A stretch of 32,000 nt of DNA from Pyrolobus fumarii 1A (GTDB taxonomy: Archaea; Thermoproteota; Thermoprotei_A; Sulfolobales; Pyrodictiaceae). Below the pieces are notes generated by a model. That model did not search any database and was not told the origin of the DNA. It was given only the letters and a program-made list of their open reading frames with translations. The translations under genes were made by a program, and so were the position numbers. The DNA lies in NCBI RefSeq assembly GCF_000223395.1, contig NC_015931.1, positions 690,001 through 722,000 of the forward strand. Direction: 5' to 3'. Positions 31,525-32,000 of the stretch are shown piece after piece (positions within the stretch are counted from its first letter, which is position 1; each line of letters opens with the position of its first letter).

Positions 31525-32000
31525 TCATGATTGATGACGGCGTAGGTGTAACGCTACGGACGCGGCCAGAGTCGCGCCAGTTACGCCTATTATAGCTTGG
31601 AGCATCGACGTTTGTGTAGTCAATGTGTCCTCTACTTTACTGAGTCTGCCCTTCACGTTTGTCACCTCACTCTTCAAGTAGTTTACATCGGCTTCGATCT
31701 TTGACGTCTTGTCTATAACCTGGTCTATTTTGCCGGTGACTCGCTCCTCCATAGCCGATATACTACCCTTGACATCCGCCACAGCTTTGCCGATGCTATC
31801 CTCTACATACTTCTCAATGTGTGCTCGTGCCGTTTCTATCTCGCTTGCTAGCTTCTCTCCTACCTTCTTGACAGTCTCGCTGACACTGCTTATACTACTG
31901 GCGAGTTTCGCCTGTACCTCGTTCAGCGCGGTGATGATCGCATCCTGGCTCTCTGCAATCCTTCCAGATATCTCGTTTGCCACCGCCTCTAGTTTCTGCT
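31525..32000 (-). CDS. Coiled-coil protein with a C-terminal transmembrane anchor (tail-anchored topology); possibly 5'-truncated by the window edge
   Basis: Long heptad/11-mer-like helical sequence (SISSVSETVKKVGEKLASEIETARAHIEKYVEDSIGKAV...) ending in AIIGVTGATLAASVALHLRRHQS. A GTG lies at 31983, but the frame stays open to base 32000. Confidence 0.55.
   Translation of the reverse strand, partial: QKLEAVANEISGRIAESQDAIITALNEVQAKLASSISSVSETVKKVGEKLASEIETARAHIEKYVEDSIGKAVADVKGSISAMEERVTGKIDQVIDKTSKIEADVNYLKSEVTNVKGRLSKVEDTLTTQTSMLQAIIGVTGATLAASVALHLRRHQS

Noticed and set aside
1-32000. Search by eye for tRNA, rRNA, CRISPR arrays, IS elements or transposases, and integrases
   Set aside because: I found no GC-rich cloverleaf-like segments, T-loop GGTTCRAATCC motifs, regularly spaced direct repeats, or DDE or tyrosine-recombinase-like ORFs. 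A tRNAscan or Infernal run would be needed to be certain.

Overview
Archaeal chromosomal segment, crenarchaeal in type and probably from a hyperthermophilic member of the Thermoprotei (the lineage guess is inference only). GTG and TTG starts are frequent, and Ile ATA and Arg AGG/AGA codons are common. Hand-counted core genes are about 52-63% GC. The backbone is housekeeping. It holds rps24e-rps27ae, pheS, an overlapping argG-argH-carA-carB-argX(lysX) supraoperon followed by argC/lysY, the mevalonate-pathway pair HMG-CoA synthase plus archaeal thiolase, an aDim2-like KH protein, queE, a Nudix hydrolase and an ArsA/Get3-like ATPase. By eye I found no rRNA, tRNA, CRISPR array, transposase or integrase. 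Accessory or atypical material lies between these genes. (1) There are two HEPN-MNT toxin-antitoxin-type cassettes in opposite orientation (20067-20808 minus, 30584-31337 plus). Both share the same long +1 gene overlap. (2) There are two diverged, inverted paralogs of an RHH-like plus PaREP1 fusion protein (13125-13616 plus, 25092-25577 minus). The first splits argX from argC. (3) A co-directional block at 14961-19843 holds a small radical SAM enzyme, a low-GC wHTH gene, a B12-binding-like radical SAM enzyme and an orphan hydantoinase-B-type subunit with no HyuA partner in the window. I consider this the best candidate for an uncharacterised enzyme system. (4) A TmcA/Nat10-type acetyltransferase retains only its GNAT and tRNA-binding half. 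It abuts a 0.6-kb island that is about 34% GC and G-poor on the plus strand. (5) A repeat-rich 405-nt spacer lies upstream of HMG-CoA synthase. (6) There is an orphan type IV pilin-like gene and a tail-anchored coiled-coil protein. Four radical SAM genes occur in the 32 kb. All functional calls come from motif recognition by eye. No database search was run.
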